A DNA stretch of 63,526 nt, counting the filler, from Craspedostauros australis (Eukaryota): the NCBI GenBank assembly GCA_030167865.1. It is 13 parts of 13 records of this genome, joined end to end, with 100 filler letters (N's around TTAATTAATTAA, not from the genome) between each part and the next. Parts side by side here need not be neighbours in the genome. Positions count along the whole stretch, not along the records: positions 38,025 to 46,142 come from JALAGF010004008.1; positions 46,243 to 49,752 come from JALAGF010004009.1; 11 more parts are not named here. One strand, 5' to 3'. This document shows, piece after piece, positions 38,025 to 47,973 of the stretch. Positions within the stretch are counted from its first letter, which is position 1, and every line of letters begins with the position of its first letter. The notes below the pieces were generated by a model, which was given only the letters and a program-made list of their open reading frames with translations, was not told the origin of the DNA and ran no database searches. Position numbers and translations under genes: made by a program.

Positions 38025-39865
38025 TCTTGCATGATGTTGATGTCGTTGTCTCCGAACTTCTCGAAGTTGATTCCATAGTCGAGTGCCATCGCGTGTTTCC
38101 TTGCTAGGTCGATGTCCAAGGGCACTTTGAATGTTGTTTGATACAGAAGAATGGCAAGCGTCCGTGCCACTGCCAGAGCTCGTTTGCTGCCAAGTTCGTC
38201 AAAATTGCTTGGTTCCCACAGTTCTGACATGCCATTGCTTCTCGCGAATTTATCAAACACCAAAGACACCAACTCCATCTCATCATTCGGCTTGCCGAAC
38301 TTCAACACCGACTCTGCCAGCTGGTTGACCAAGATCGAGGCCATCCTTGCATTGTGTGATACAATGACGCTCAGGAATGGCGTCTCCATTATCTCCTTGT
38401 AGGAGGGGAGCTTGTGCCTTTTCCAGGTTCCTTTGTGGTATTCCTTGCGGAGGGCTTCGTACACTTCCTTGGGATCCTTTTGGGCGCTGGGGATAAGACA
38501 GACGAAATTGTTGCTTTGAGAACCGACAGTCCCACCGTACATCCCAGTACCTGCAATAGAGAAGACCACCTCGATGGCTGACAGGGTGTCGAATACTGGG
38601 AGCTCGCCATCACCCGGGCTGGCTTCTGCCTCCTTGCTTCCAATGGCCTTGTTCATGATGTAGTGACCGAGGTCTCTTCCAAGGTGTTTATAGTTTCTGA
38701 TGATCTCTTTCGCGAAATTGGGACACTTCCGTGCTTCATCGATGGCAAGCACTATCCGAATCATGTTGTCCTTCACCTTCGGGTGTGCATCGTCTCCAGT
38801 CGAGTCGCTCATGCGTTCCTTCTTCTTCTTCTTCTTCTTGAGTGTATCCAACCGCTGCCGCACCGTGTTTACGATCGTTGATAGCACCACACCGTCAAGT
38901 GTGAAGAAAGTATTCACCCATTCCTTCAAGTAAGCTCGGCACTGCTCCGTTCGAGCATCGTTTGGATCCGTCGCCGCTATGTCGCCGTCTGCTTCATGCA
39001 TCAGAGTGATGACAGCATGTCTTGACTCTGAGCTTGTTGCCAGCTCGACTGTCTTTCCTGTACCGCTGCCGGAGAAGAAGACACGGACTACGCTGGTGTG
39101 TGCAGCTTTGTCATTTTGGGTGACATGAACTCTTGGGGGGATTCTAGATTCGCTGCCCATGTGTCGAAACTTGCAATCGCCGATGTAATATACTCTTCTC
39201 CTCCCACCACACTGTATGCTCCGAAGAGAATGCTTTGTGTGTTCGGTTCGAGCGTCGAAGAGCTTCTCCAGGCTGCTCTGTACCGATTGGCGGAGATCCA
39301 CGTTTGGGTCATCGAGTCCACCGAGACCCTTGATCAAGTTCCATGCGTATGTTGCGTTGCCCTGATTGCCACCGTTGTAGAGCCATTGGGCCAGGAGGTG
39401 ATCTCCTTCACGGCCCACGCCCATTCCTTGTATTCCCTGCTCCAACCAGCCCCTGTTTTCCACCAGATTGATGACATGCTTTCGGAAGGTCATCGTTCTG
39501 TTGAGCCAATCAACCTCCCATGCGCTTCTCTTCTCGTCTGTTAGTTCCGCGTGTTGAATCATTCCCATCGTCTCCATGATGACGCTTTCGTCGGGCTTCG
39601 GCAACGTCTTCAGCATCTTCATGATGCGTTCCTCGTCATCCTTGAGGGTCCAGAAGAGGTAGTTCTTGAAGACAGAATCGCAGATCGTCTCAACGAGCGG
39701 CGCGTTACCACCAGTATCATCGGCATCACTGGCGAGTATAGCCATATCAAAGCGAGTGTTGGTACAGCTGGCACGAAAGTGCCGACAGATGGCGCGGAAC
39801 CTCAGAAAGCCAATGACGTCAGTCGTAGGTGCAACACAACGGCTGGCAGCCACCACCAGCACCAA
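38025..39865 (-). CDS. P-loop NTPase protein, Crinkler/RHS (CR-effector)-like; 3' truncated, 5' end abuts the LINE tail
   Basis: Walker A FFSGSGTGKT, Walker B IVLAIDEA, downstream strand VVFSIAGTG, poly-K tract and an F-box-like remnant FLRFRAICRHFR. First ATG is at 39745. The family call is inference. Confidence 0.6.
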
Positions 39866-39912
39866 ATAAATAACTCAATGATTACATTAGAAATGTGCCA
39901 TAAGGCTTTACC

Positions 39913-39952
39913 CTCGCCGCCGCAGGCCCCGTAGGACCGTGCTTTGAGCGAG
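39913..39952 (-). other. Predicted 3' UTR stem-loop of the LINE with a cUACGg tetraloop
   Basis: RNA 5'-CUCGCU CAAA GCA C GGUCC UACG GGGCC UGC GGC GGCGAG-3' forms nested stems by inspection. Confidence 0.6.
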
Positions 39953-39970
39953 CTGTCGTGTGTTGTTCGA

Positions 39971-42900
39971 CTATGACAGACCCAACCAAGCCGCCAACGC
40001 CCGCCTCTCGGCGTGCATTGACCGCGATCGACGCCGCGCTCTCACCGCTGCGTGAACGGCTATCATAGCGTTCACCCACTGCTGCATTTGAACCTCGGTG
40101 CCATGTTCGACATGGCGTCCTTCCCGGAACAGCCGCATCTCCGCTTCGTTCATGTCCTGGCTTGCACTCTGCATCATTCGGCGAACCTTGCGCCGCAAGT
40201 CCTGTACCGTAGGATGCTGTTCTTCGTCGTGCACTTTTGCATTCCGTGCCAACCATATTTCCCAGGGGATTTTCCAGATCCATCGTACCACTTCTCGGGC
40301 CCAAGCGTTGGCATCGGGGTACAGGCACTCATGCGTCGTCATCCAGCGGGCCTGGTGAAGAGCCCAGTCCTCGTGGATGAACCCTAAAATGAGAGGGTAC
40401 CACCCAATGCCGCTTTGCGCATCGGTGGACCAAGTGTTCCTTCTCCACTTCACGAGGCCAACCCGCATGCGTTGGACCAGCCGTGGGGCTGTTCCAATTG
40501 TCACCATGCGGTCAATGAGGCCAGAAGTAGCCTCGGTCCATGCTTCGTGATGCTCTGGGCACCGCAGAACATGTTGAGTGGTCTCGTCGCTGTTGCAGAA
40601 CTTGCACTTCGGCGTCTGTAGTTGGCCGGTCTGATGAAGTTTGTGGTTGACCCCCACAAAGCCGGAAGCCCATTTGGAGATGAAACGCACCGTCCCACGG
40701 TTCAGCTTGGACTTCCGTGCCGTCTTGTAAACGCGCCAATCGATCTGGCGAACCTGGTTCTGATTCCACTGGAATTTTGTAGACCAATATTGCATCGCTG
40801 ATGTCGTTTGAAGGAGTTCGTTCATGGCCTCGGGATCCACGTGAGAATGGTCGGCGTCTCGTAAACGGAGCCTCCATCGACCTGTGGCAGTCACCCAAGT
40901 TTTCACGTGTGGTCGGGAGCCCGTGTCGGACCAGAACTGTTTTGCTTTCGCGTCCATCTCCACGTTGAGCCGTTCCAATAGCGTTAGTTTCCTGCCTGTG
41001 TCATCTTGATGGCCTTTCACCCACTCCCATTTCAGGGTGGCTTTGATGCCACGTCGGAGCTGTCGGATCTCTGTGAGGATGTCCCAGTGCCGTTGGTGTG
41101 GTCGCAGGTAGTCCTCTTGAGCTTGCAGGAGCGCCTGCTTACCGTCAAGAGCTATGGTGATGGTACAGTCGTCCTGTAGTCCGGGGAGCTCTGCCACCAT
41201 TGCAAGGGACGCCCAGATTCCGGCGAGCTCGCTTCTGTAGGCGCTCTGGACCTCTGGCGGCCCTGGGACGAACGTCTGGCAGTAGACATACTCCTTGGAC
41301 TGGACATCATATGCGATCGATGCCGACGTGCCCCGCTGATCCTTGAACGAACCGTCGCTCACAAGCACCAAATCGCCTCTGTTCGCGGCCAGTGCCACGT
41401 CCTGTAAGGAAACGGTCCCTCGCATGTTTTCGATTGGCTCGTATGCAGGAGCGGGCTCCTCGAGAGGGCATGCCAGTCCGATGTGACCGTCCCATTCGAT
41501 GCCCTGTTCGGTGTAAACGACAGAGACTCGTTTGAGGCCGGCTGGGACCTCCGTAGCGGGCGTGGCCAGAGAGTACTGCTGGCGGCGAGTACGTCGTCGT
41601 GGGGTAGGTCGGTAGCGAAGGACTGGATCAGAGTCCAGGTCGTAGATATCGTCCTGGTACGGTGCCTTCCACCAACGCCATGTCCCGTCCTCTCTCTGCC
41701 ATCTGCCGAGGGGCTTGTCCAGAAGCAGGCCTCGAAAGCACATCGACTTGCACCATCGCTGCCATTCCTTCCACCAGCCACTGGGGAGCCGTTCGGGTTG
41801 TCGTGCCCATCGCTGCGGCATTCCGGACGTCAGAGTGCCATCGTGCGCTTCAGGCAGTATTCTGGTGCCATCTGCTGACACAATGTCCGACATGCGCATC
41901 ACCCCCATCTTGTGGCGAACCATGTTCAAGTGGTAGAGCTGTGCGCCTTTCACGTGTTGCTGAGTCCATAGATCCATGAGGAAGGCATCTCCTTTCCGTT
42001 GGAGCTTCCAAGATGACGAGAACTCACACACCTCAATACCCGTTCCCTGAAGCTGTTGCCATAGGCCGGATACCCAGCATCTGGTTGCACAGTGCCCCAT
42101 GCTGGAGAACGAGCGTTGAAATAGAGATCCTCCCACCCCCAGCTCTTCTTTGAGTGCTTGTATAGAGCAGATGATCATCTTGCCCGTCTGAGTCCCTCGG
42201 TGTACCTCGTCGAAAGCCAGCTGGATTTGCGCCATCAGCTGGGAGTTCACGGGGTGTACTATGCCCAAACCGCCGAGCGATTTCGTGCCGTACACTAAGT
42301 CCCGGGGCAGAGTCCGCGAGCATCCCATTTTTGGCAGGGCTGCCAGCAAGGCTGGGGCCATGATGTATCGCCACTGAAGTGGAGTGAGCTGGACAACTGG
42401 CATGACGTACTCTATGGATTTCATGAACCGCAGGGTGAGAGCCGACCGTGCGTCGTCCGTGGAGATCTGCGCCATACGCATCCTTCCGCCGAAGTCTTCT
42501 GCTTTCTTCCGCAAGATCTGGATTTGCTCCTCGTTGTTCCCATCGAACGAGATAAACACCCCCAGTGTGAACACTGGTTGTGACATCGTCCTGCTCGGGA
42601 TCACGGCGCTTCCTCCTCGGCCATCGTCAATGCTGATGGTTACCGAAGTCTCGCTGTCGCTCCAAACCCATTTGTCCTTGACAAACGCTGGCTGCGTGGC
42701 CCACCAGGCTGATTTCTCCGGCACCAGAGCTCCTCCTGTGACCTGAAGAAGGCGGCTCCAGTCTTGAACCGTCCTTCGAAAGCTGGAGACATCCGCGTCG
42801 TTTCGTTGCGGTAGCTCGATTCTGATCAGGTCCGTGTCGTCAACAAAGGCCGACCCCAGTATGGGTATATATTCTCCTGACGGGGTAATCAGAGACGACG

Positions 42901-45436
42901 TGTGTCCCAGCCGGGTCATGGCTTTGAACATCACTGAGCTGATGACAGCCCAGATCGCTGGGCCTGCGCCGTTACCCTGGCCGATTCCATGCATATCGCA
43001 TTCCGCGTCTTTCTCGTAGTATCGACTGGAGACTCCGTAGGCTGTGCTGATGAAGTGCCGTGCATCTCGAAGTGTCTTGAACATGCACCGTGTGGCAGAA
43101 GCATTGGCCCCTGCCGCCATCATCGCTGCCGCGGCGAAGTTTGGAACGATTCTATCGTAACACGATTTCGCATCGTTGGAACAAAAGGACAGTGCGACTT
43201 TCCGCTGATATCCCAGATCGATGGTGAGTCGCTTGTTCAGCGCTGCACTCATCGCCGACCTGCGCTTCCTGCTTCCAAACTGGAATCCTGACAACCAACC
43301 TGCCTCTTCCGCCGTTTGCATCATTTGTCTGCCGAGTCGCTTGTTATTCAAATTGAATTGCGCATCCATCAGTTGAATCGTGCGCATCTTTTCAATATTG
43401 AACACTTGCGCTTTCTTGAGTATCTCAACGTCGGTGATACATTGCCACGGCTTCGGAGAATGGCCAGTTTGATACGGGATCTCTCGTAGAATGGTATCCA
43501 CTCGGGCAAGTGCGGGATTCTGTGCGGCCGCCTTGTAATGCCCGAAGTGCGGGCAACTCGGTTCGGAGTTCGTGAGTTCTGTCTGCTTGCGCCAGGCCTT
43601 CGCGTGATCTTTCACCTCTAGCTGGGTATCGTCTGGGACGACAGGCTCGAGGCACTCCAGAAGAGTACGGACCATCGGATCGACCGAAGACGGCCACGGT
43701 CCTTCTGCTGCGATCAACTGTTTCGCTAGTTCCGGGACCCAGACGCGGTCCATGAGGGTTTTGCCTGGCCCGACCATGCATTGGGTGCGGTTGGCCTGTG
43801 AGAACCGCTTCTTGTTCTCTCGGATGCAGGCGGAGACGATCTCGTGTTGTTCGTCGCACTCATGTACCTGTCCGACGTCGTCGGTGAACAGCACTTTCGT
43901 GGTCATGGACTTGCCGCGTCCAAACGCCGCTCGTAGACGGCCCGTTTGTTCGCGCTGTCGTTCCCTATTCATCATCGTCTTTAGGGCAGCCTCATACTCC
44001 TGCTCGTTCGCGTCATGGCGCTGCCGTGCCATTTGCACCAGGTGGTCCTGCCGTGCTTTTTGGTGATCCTTTTTCTGGGCATAGTAGGTTTTGTAGGCTT
44101 CAGTGCGCATTTGCTGTGCGTGTTGCAGGGACTCGCCTTCGACCAGGCCGACTAGCTTCTTGGTACGTTGTCGCAGAGAAGAACTGACTTTCATTCCAGA
44201 GAGGTGCTTCACCTCCAGAGACCAGTGCTTGATCACGTTACGAGAATGCTGCATTTCCGGGGACCATGCGACTCCGCCCATTTTGAGCTTTCTGCATCCC
44301 TTCTCTGCGAACCTTCGTATCTGATTGACCTGCTCCAGGAGCTTGTCGAACTGTGACCGTTGTTCACGCGTGAGCGTCCATCCTTGGGCTTTCGCAGTCT
44401 TCAGCATCATCTCCACTCGCCGCTGTATGTTGTGTTTCCCGTACTCCTCGAGGAGGGCATCGTTGTAGCGTTGCACCGCCCTCGGATCACTTAGCACGAG
44501 CCGTCTTGGAGAGCCGGATTTCACCGGCTTGATGCCTGGTCCCAAGACCTGGGAAAAGCTGATGTCCAGCCAGACTGCGCGATGGTCCGATGGGATGGCA
44601 GACCCGAACGCCAGATATCCGGCTTTTGCCACTTGTACTCCTTCCAAGACATAGATGGCGTCAATTGGCACTTCCCCTTGGTTCCGTTGTTGGGTAGCCC
44701 TGCGTGCTGCTGGCCCAATACGGTCCTCGACTGCGTGTTTCAGACCGACTGCGGTGAGCTGTCTGGATATTACGCTATCCAGGGAGTCGTCGTTCAGGTC
44801 CACTCCCAGGGCAATGGCCTCTCCTTCTGCCTTCCATCGTCGTAGTTCGTTCTGCAAGTCCTTGGCCCAAGCTTCGTGGGGATCTTCGTCTCGACCATCC
44901 GCGGCCAGCGCCCTCACTTGTTGTGCCCATACTGTATTGTCTCCATCGGTGGATCGACACGGCCTGTAGGCTGCGATGATTCTGAGGGACTTGCCTCCTT
45001 TGCCTTCCGACAATGTCCAGCACCATCGGCCCATGCCGCTCTCATCAACCCCGTGTTGAAAGGTGCGAGCTGCCAGTTGGGCAGTCGTCACTACTCCTGC
45101 TCCACCGTAGATTCTGGGATCTCGTTTTGTTTCGTGGGTGTTGTATGAGAATACGTGCTTTGACCTGGGTATTATCCGTCGCCCTCGTTCGGCCCACTGG
45201 TCGGCCGGCTGAACGTAGTCCCATCTCACGTTGGTCTCTGTCATGCATAGCACGTCCAGATTGCTCGTCTTGATGAAGTCAAAGATCTCCTCATTCTTCT
45301 GTTGGTATGAATGGATGGGGATCTGAGATGCGTTCTGAAATACGATTCGTATCGTATCTCCTGACTTAGTAGTCATCGCATCCCCGCAAGCATCGTTTAG
45401 CCTACTCGCTTCTGTGTCGACAGTGTCGTCTGTCAT
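39971..45436 (-). CDS. LINE ORF2 polyprotein, 1821 aa
   Basis: APE: IRIVFQNA, LCMTETN, IIAAYRP, GVDLN, PIDAIY, PSDHRAVW. RT: NDAKSCYDRI, GIGQGNGAGP, AFVDDTDL. RNase H: VSDGSFK, AYRSELAG, IALDGKQAL, WVKGHQD, LNVEMDAKAK. Zinc finger CKFC-X7-H-X3-C. Confidence 0.95.
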   Translation of the reverse strand: MTDDTVDTEASRLNDACGDAMTTKSGDTIRIVFQNASQIPIHSYQQKNEEIFDFIKTSNLDVLCMTETNVRWDYVQPADQWAERGRRIIPRSKHVFSYNTHETKRDPRIYGGAGVVTTAQLAARTFQHGVDESGMGRWCWTLSEGKGGKSLRIIAAYRPCRSTDGDNTVWAQQVRALAADGRDEDPHEAWAKDLQNELRRWKAEGEAIALGVDLNDDSLDSVISRQLTAVGLKHAVEDRIGPAARRATQQRNQGEVPIDAIYVLEGVQVAKAGYLAFGSAIPSDHRAVWLDISFSQVLGPGIKPVKSGSPRRLVLSDPRAVQRYNDALLEEYGKHNIQRRVEMMLKTAKAQGWTLTREQRSQFDKLLEQVNQIRRFAEKGCRKLKMGGVAWSPEMQHSRNVIKHWSLEVKHLSGMKVSSSLRQRTKKLVGLVEGESLQHAQQMRTEAYKTYYAQKKDHQKARQDHLVQMARQRHDANEQEYEAALKTMMNRERQREQTGRLRAAFGRGKSMTTKVLFTDDVGQVHECDEQHEIVSACIRENKKRFSQANRTQCMVGPGKTLMDRVWVPELAKQLIAAEGPWPSSVDPMVRTLLECLEPVVPDDTQLEVKDHAKAWRKQTELTNSEPSCPHFGHYKAAAQNPALARVDTILREIPYQTGHSPKPWQCITDVEILKKAQVFNIEKMRTIQLMDAQFNLNNKRLGRQMMQTAEEAGWLSGFQFGSRKRRSAMSAALNKRLTIDLGYQRKVALSFCSNDAKSCYDRIVPNFAAAAMMAAGANASATRCMFKTLRDARHFISTAYGVSSRYYEKDAECDMHGIGQGNGAGPAIWAVISSVMFKAMTRLGHTSSLITPSGEYIPILGSAFVDDTDLIRIELPQRNDADVSSFRRTVQDWSRLLQVTGGALVPEKSAWWATQPAFVKDKWVWSDSETSVTISIDDGRGGSAVIPSRTMSQPVFTLGVFISFDGNNEEQIQILRKKAEDFGGRMRMAQISTDDARSALTLRFMKSIEYVMPVVQLTPLQWRYIMAPALLAALPKMGCSRTLPRDLVYGTKSLGGLGIVHPVNSQLMAQIQLAFDEVHRGTQTGKMIICSIQALKEELGVGGSLFQRSFSSMGHCATRCWVSGLWQQLQGTGIEVCEFSSSWKLQRKGDAFLMDLWTQQHVKGAQLYHLNMVRHKMGVMRMSDIVSADGTRILPEAHDGTLTSGMPQRWARQPERLPSGWWKEWQRWCKSMCFRGLLLDKPLGRWQREDGTWRWWKAPYQDDIYDLDSDPVLRYRPTPRRRTRRQQYSLATPATEVPAGLKRVSVVYTEQGIEWDGHIGLACPLEEPAPAYEPIENMRGTVSLQDVALAANRGDLVLVSDGSFKDQRGTSASIAYDVQSKEYVYCQTFVPGPPEVQSAYRSELAGIWASLAMVAELPGLQDDCTITIALDGKQALLQAQEDYLRPHQRHWDILTEIRQLRRGIKATLKWEWVKGHQDDTGRKLTLLERLNVEMDAKAKQFWSDTGSRPHVKTWVTATGRWRLRLRDADHSHVDPEAMNELLQTTSAMQYWSTKFQWNQNQVRQIDWRVYKTARKSKLNRGTVRFISKWASGFVGVNHKLHQTGQLQTPKCKFCNSDETTQHVLRCPEHHEAWTEATSGLIDRMVTIGTAPRLVQRMRVGLVKWRRNTWSTDAQSGIGWYPLILGFIHEDWALHQARWMTTHECLYPDANAWAREVVRWIWKIPWEIWLARNAKVHDEEQHPTVQDLRRKVRRMMQSASQDMNEAEMRLFREGRHVEHGTEVQMQQWVNAMIAVHAAVRARRRSRSMHAERRALAAWLGLS

Positions 45437-45554
45437 CTTGCCGTTCTAGTACACTGTGGTATATCGGCGGTTCTGGTCCGTGCCAGAATTCGTGGTTGTT
45501 GTTGGTCCACTATTTTAGTGGTGTTGTCCTCTGATTCGTTCGTCTGTTCGTCGC

Positions 45555-46142
45555 TTATAGTGAGGATGTGTATGCAGCTTGTCTGTTCGCCCCTATTGGG
45601 TTCGTGATTGTGCGCTGATGCTTTTCGTGTTTGTTGCTGTTCTGTGTTGTGGTTGTTGTTTCGCGTTGTCGCCTCTGTCTCCTCCGGTCTCTTCTGTGTA
45701 TAGATATATGCTTTTTTTTACTCCTGGTTGTTGGCTCCTTGGCCCATGGTTGCAATTGGATCGGTGTCCATTGGGTCCGCCATTGCGGCGTCTCCCGAGC
45801 TGTCCTCCTTGCTCTCGTCCCGACGGTGTCGCTGGAACTGTTTCCCTCTTCTTCTCCTTCACCCGATCGTTGACCCTTCATTTGGTCGCTCTCGTCGGAT
45901 TCTTGTTCGTCCTCTTCGGGGATGCTGGTGCCAGGGTCGTCGGGATCGAAGTCGGTCTTGGCGGTTGGGTCCGTTGCGAACTGTTGTGGTCTCGCCGATT
46001 TGTGCTTTGCCGTGTTACCAATAGCAGCGCTGATGTGGGCGGCTTGCTGTGCTACCGTGGCTGTGGCGAACGTCGCGACTGTTCCGTTGTCGCCGTTCTG
46101 GGTGCTGGGATTGGCCGTCATTTCTACTTCGAACTTCAGAAG
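45555..46142 (-). CDS. Probable C-terminal part of LINE ORF1 (low complexity, acidic then basic)
   Basis: The frame is open from the contig edge (LLKFEVEMTANP...) and ends 118 nt before the ORF2 ATG on the same strand. Confidence 0.55.
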   Translation of the reverse strand, partial: LLKFEVEMTANPSTQNGDNGTVATFATATVAQQAAHISAAIGNTAKHKSARPQQFATDPTAKTDFDPDDPGTSIPEEDEQESDESDQMKGQRSGEGEEEGNSSSDTVGTRARRTARETPQWRTQWTPIQLQPWAKEPTTRSKKKHISIHRRDRRRQRRQRETTTTTQNSNKHEKHQRTITNPIGANRQAAYTSSL

Positions 46143-46250
46143 NNNNNNNNNNNNNNNNNNNNNNNNNNNNNNNNNNNNNNNNNNNNTTAATTAATTAANN
46201 NNNNNNNNNNNNNNNNNNNNNNNNNNNNNNNNNNNNNNNNNNCACTACAG

Positions 46251-47363
46251 GGACAACCATCGTGGTTGATTTCCACCGTCGCGGATCTCAACATGACACT
46301 CTTGCTCAAGCCATTTCCGATTCTGCCCGATGAAATCAAGAACGGCACGTTCCTGCAAAGGGACATTGACAAGGACGGCTGCTGCGGCCACAAGGAGCTG
46401 ATGAAGCTGTACGCTTACACAATGACCAACTACACGCTGGCCATCCATCTCGATATGGATACGCTGGTGACATCGCCTTTGGACGAACTGTTTGATGCCA
46501 TTCACTTCCCGCACACTCACCCAGTCGGACAGGCCGCGCGTCAACGGTTGGAAGACGAGAAGCTGATTGCTCCGACGCACAAAGGCCGGCGTCCATTGGC
46601 GGACGTCCCAGACATTGCGGCGTTCTACACACGTGATTACAATATGCTGCAGCCCGGTTTTGCCAAGAGAGTTGGAATGCAAGGTGGATTCTTGCTTGTG
46701 CGACCCAATCAAACAACCTACGACGAGCTACTGGACATTGTGCGCTCTGGAGACTACAGGCGGGGCTATGGAATGAAAAATGGTTGGCGAGGCAGCGGAT
46801 TTGGGGGTCACATTTGGGGCAGCCTCACGATCCAAGGATTGCTGGGCTACTTCTTCTGGACTCCCGAAAGGAACACGCAGAATATCGAGTTGCATCGATG
46901 CAAGTTCAACCAGATTTCGGACAATCCACGGCGTTCTACTTTCCACAGGAAGGTCCCGCGCGGCACTCCCTATCCCGAGGCCAACATGACGTTCCGCGAT
47001 GCCGACTGTCGGGATGGCCGCGACAATTGCGACGATGTCCAATGCCAGACCTGGCCGATCGAGGACACGCGGCTGGTGCATTACACTGCCTGCAAGAAGC
47101 CTTGGACCTGCCCAGGTGTGCAGTACAATGCCACGTGGAATATGGTTGGCTGTCGTGCCATGCACAGGGCTTGGTTCTTGGTGCGTCAATCACTCCAGAA
47201 GGAGATGCTGTCGCGATACCGAGAGGCCATCGGTCATACTGACTCCAATGATCGTGATGGTGTCGAAATCATCGTTCGCAACAATTCGGGCACGCACAAC
47301 CCAGAGCTTCAGTTTGGATACTGCAATGAAAAAGGACCCAAGGGGTACATTACGATGTTTTGA
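46251..47363 (+). CDS. Glycosyltransferase family 8-like protein (last exon; 5' part missing)
   Basis: GCCGHKELMKLYAY, HLDMDTLV (DxD), MQGGFLLVRP, TIQGLL and LVHYTACKKPW. A TACAG acceptor at 46246-46250 is in frame. Confidence 0.8.
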   Translation, partial: GQPSWLISTVADLNMTLLLKPFPILPDEIKNGTFLQRDIDKDGCCGHKELMKLYAYTMTNYTLAIHLDMDTLVTSPLDELFDAIHFPHTHPVGQAARQRLEDEKLIAPTHKGRRPLADVPDIAAFYTRDYNMLQPGFAKRVGMQGGFLLVRPNQTTYDELLDIVRSGDYRRGYGMKNGWRGSGFGGHIWGSLTIQGLLGYFFWTPERNTQNIELHRCKFNQISDNPRRSTFHRKVPRGTPYPEANMTFRDADCRDGRDNCDDVQCQTWPIEDTRLVHYTACKKPWTCPGVQYNATWNMVGCRAMHRAWFLVRQSLQKEMLSRYREAIGHTDSNDRDGVEIIVRNNSGTHNPELQFGYCNEKGPKGYITMF

Positions 47364-47973
47364 CCATCAGTTGGACTTGTCGGTGGGATTCTCTATCCAT
47401 GCAGGAATGGGGAAAAAGAGCTCGCGCAATGTAAGCAGCAGCCTGGAGAAATAGAACGGGATGAGTCAAACCTACTCTATCTCAATCTACTCTGCTCTCA
47501 GCAATTGACCTCGTTCGATACTTCCATAAAGTAAATCTATCTTCGGGCTCTCTGGTGAGACATAGCCATGAACCCACCCGAATCCGCTGTTGGCTGAATC
47601 CCGCTGTGGCATGTGCTCGTGTCCCGTTTTGTTTCTGGATTGGCGCCAAAAAATACAAACGCCGCTTCCGAAACCGACACAGAAATCCAAGATCCCCTTG
47701 CCCACACTCCGCACAACATTTGGCGCAACGTTTGGCACAACACCCCTTGTGTTTTCCACGGCGCCGGCGGACGGATCGTGTGTGAGAGCTACCTGTCGAT
47801 GGACGCATTGCGCTGCTGATGGATGCAAGCGGAATACTTGTACGACAACAGTGATGGCACGCCATAGATCGGGCAAGGCACGCCGTTCCAACACATCAAA
47901 GATGCAGGAACAGGAGCCGATGATCCAGGATGACATCAATGCACCCTGTCCAAGACAGAAACAACAACAAGCG

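Larger units (their letters stand above)
39864..46142 (-). mobile_element. Non-LTR retrotransposon (APE-RT-RNase H-zinc finger), Ambal-like; 5' part cut by the spacer
   Basis: Two-ORF layout with an intact 1821-aa ORF2 and an approximately 100-nt 3' UTR ending TTATTTATTT. Confidence 0.9.

Noticed and set aside
22576..45436. Diversity-generating retroelement linking the RT to the variable ankyrin repeats
   Set aside because: The RT is a LINE-type APE-RT-RNase H polyprotein on another contig, and there is no template/variable repeat pair with adenine-specific differences.
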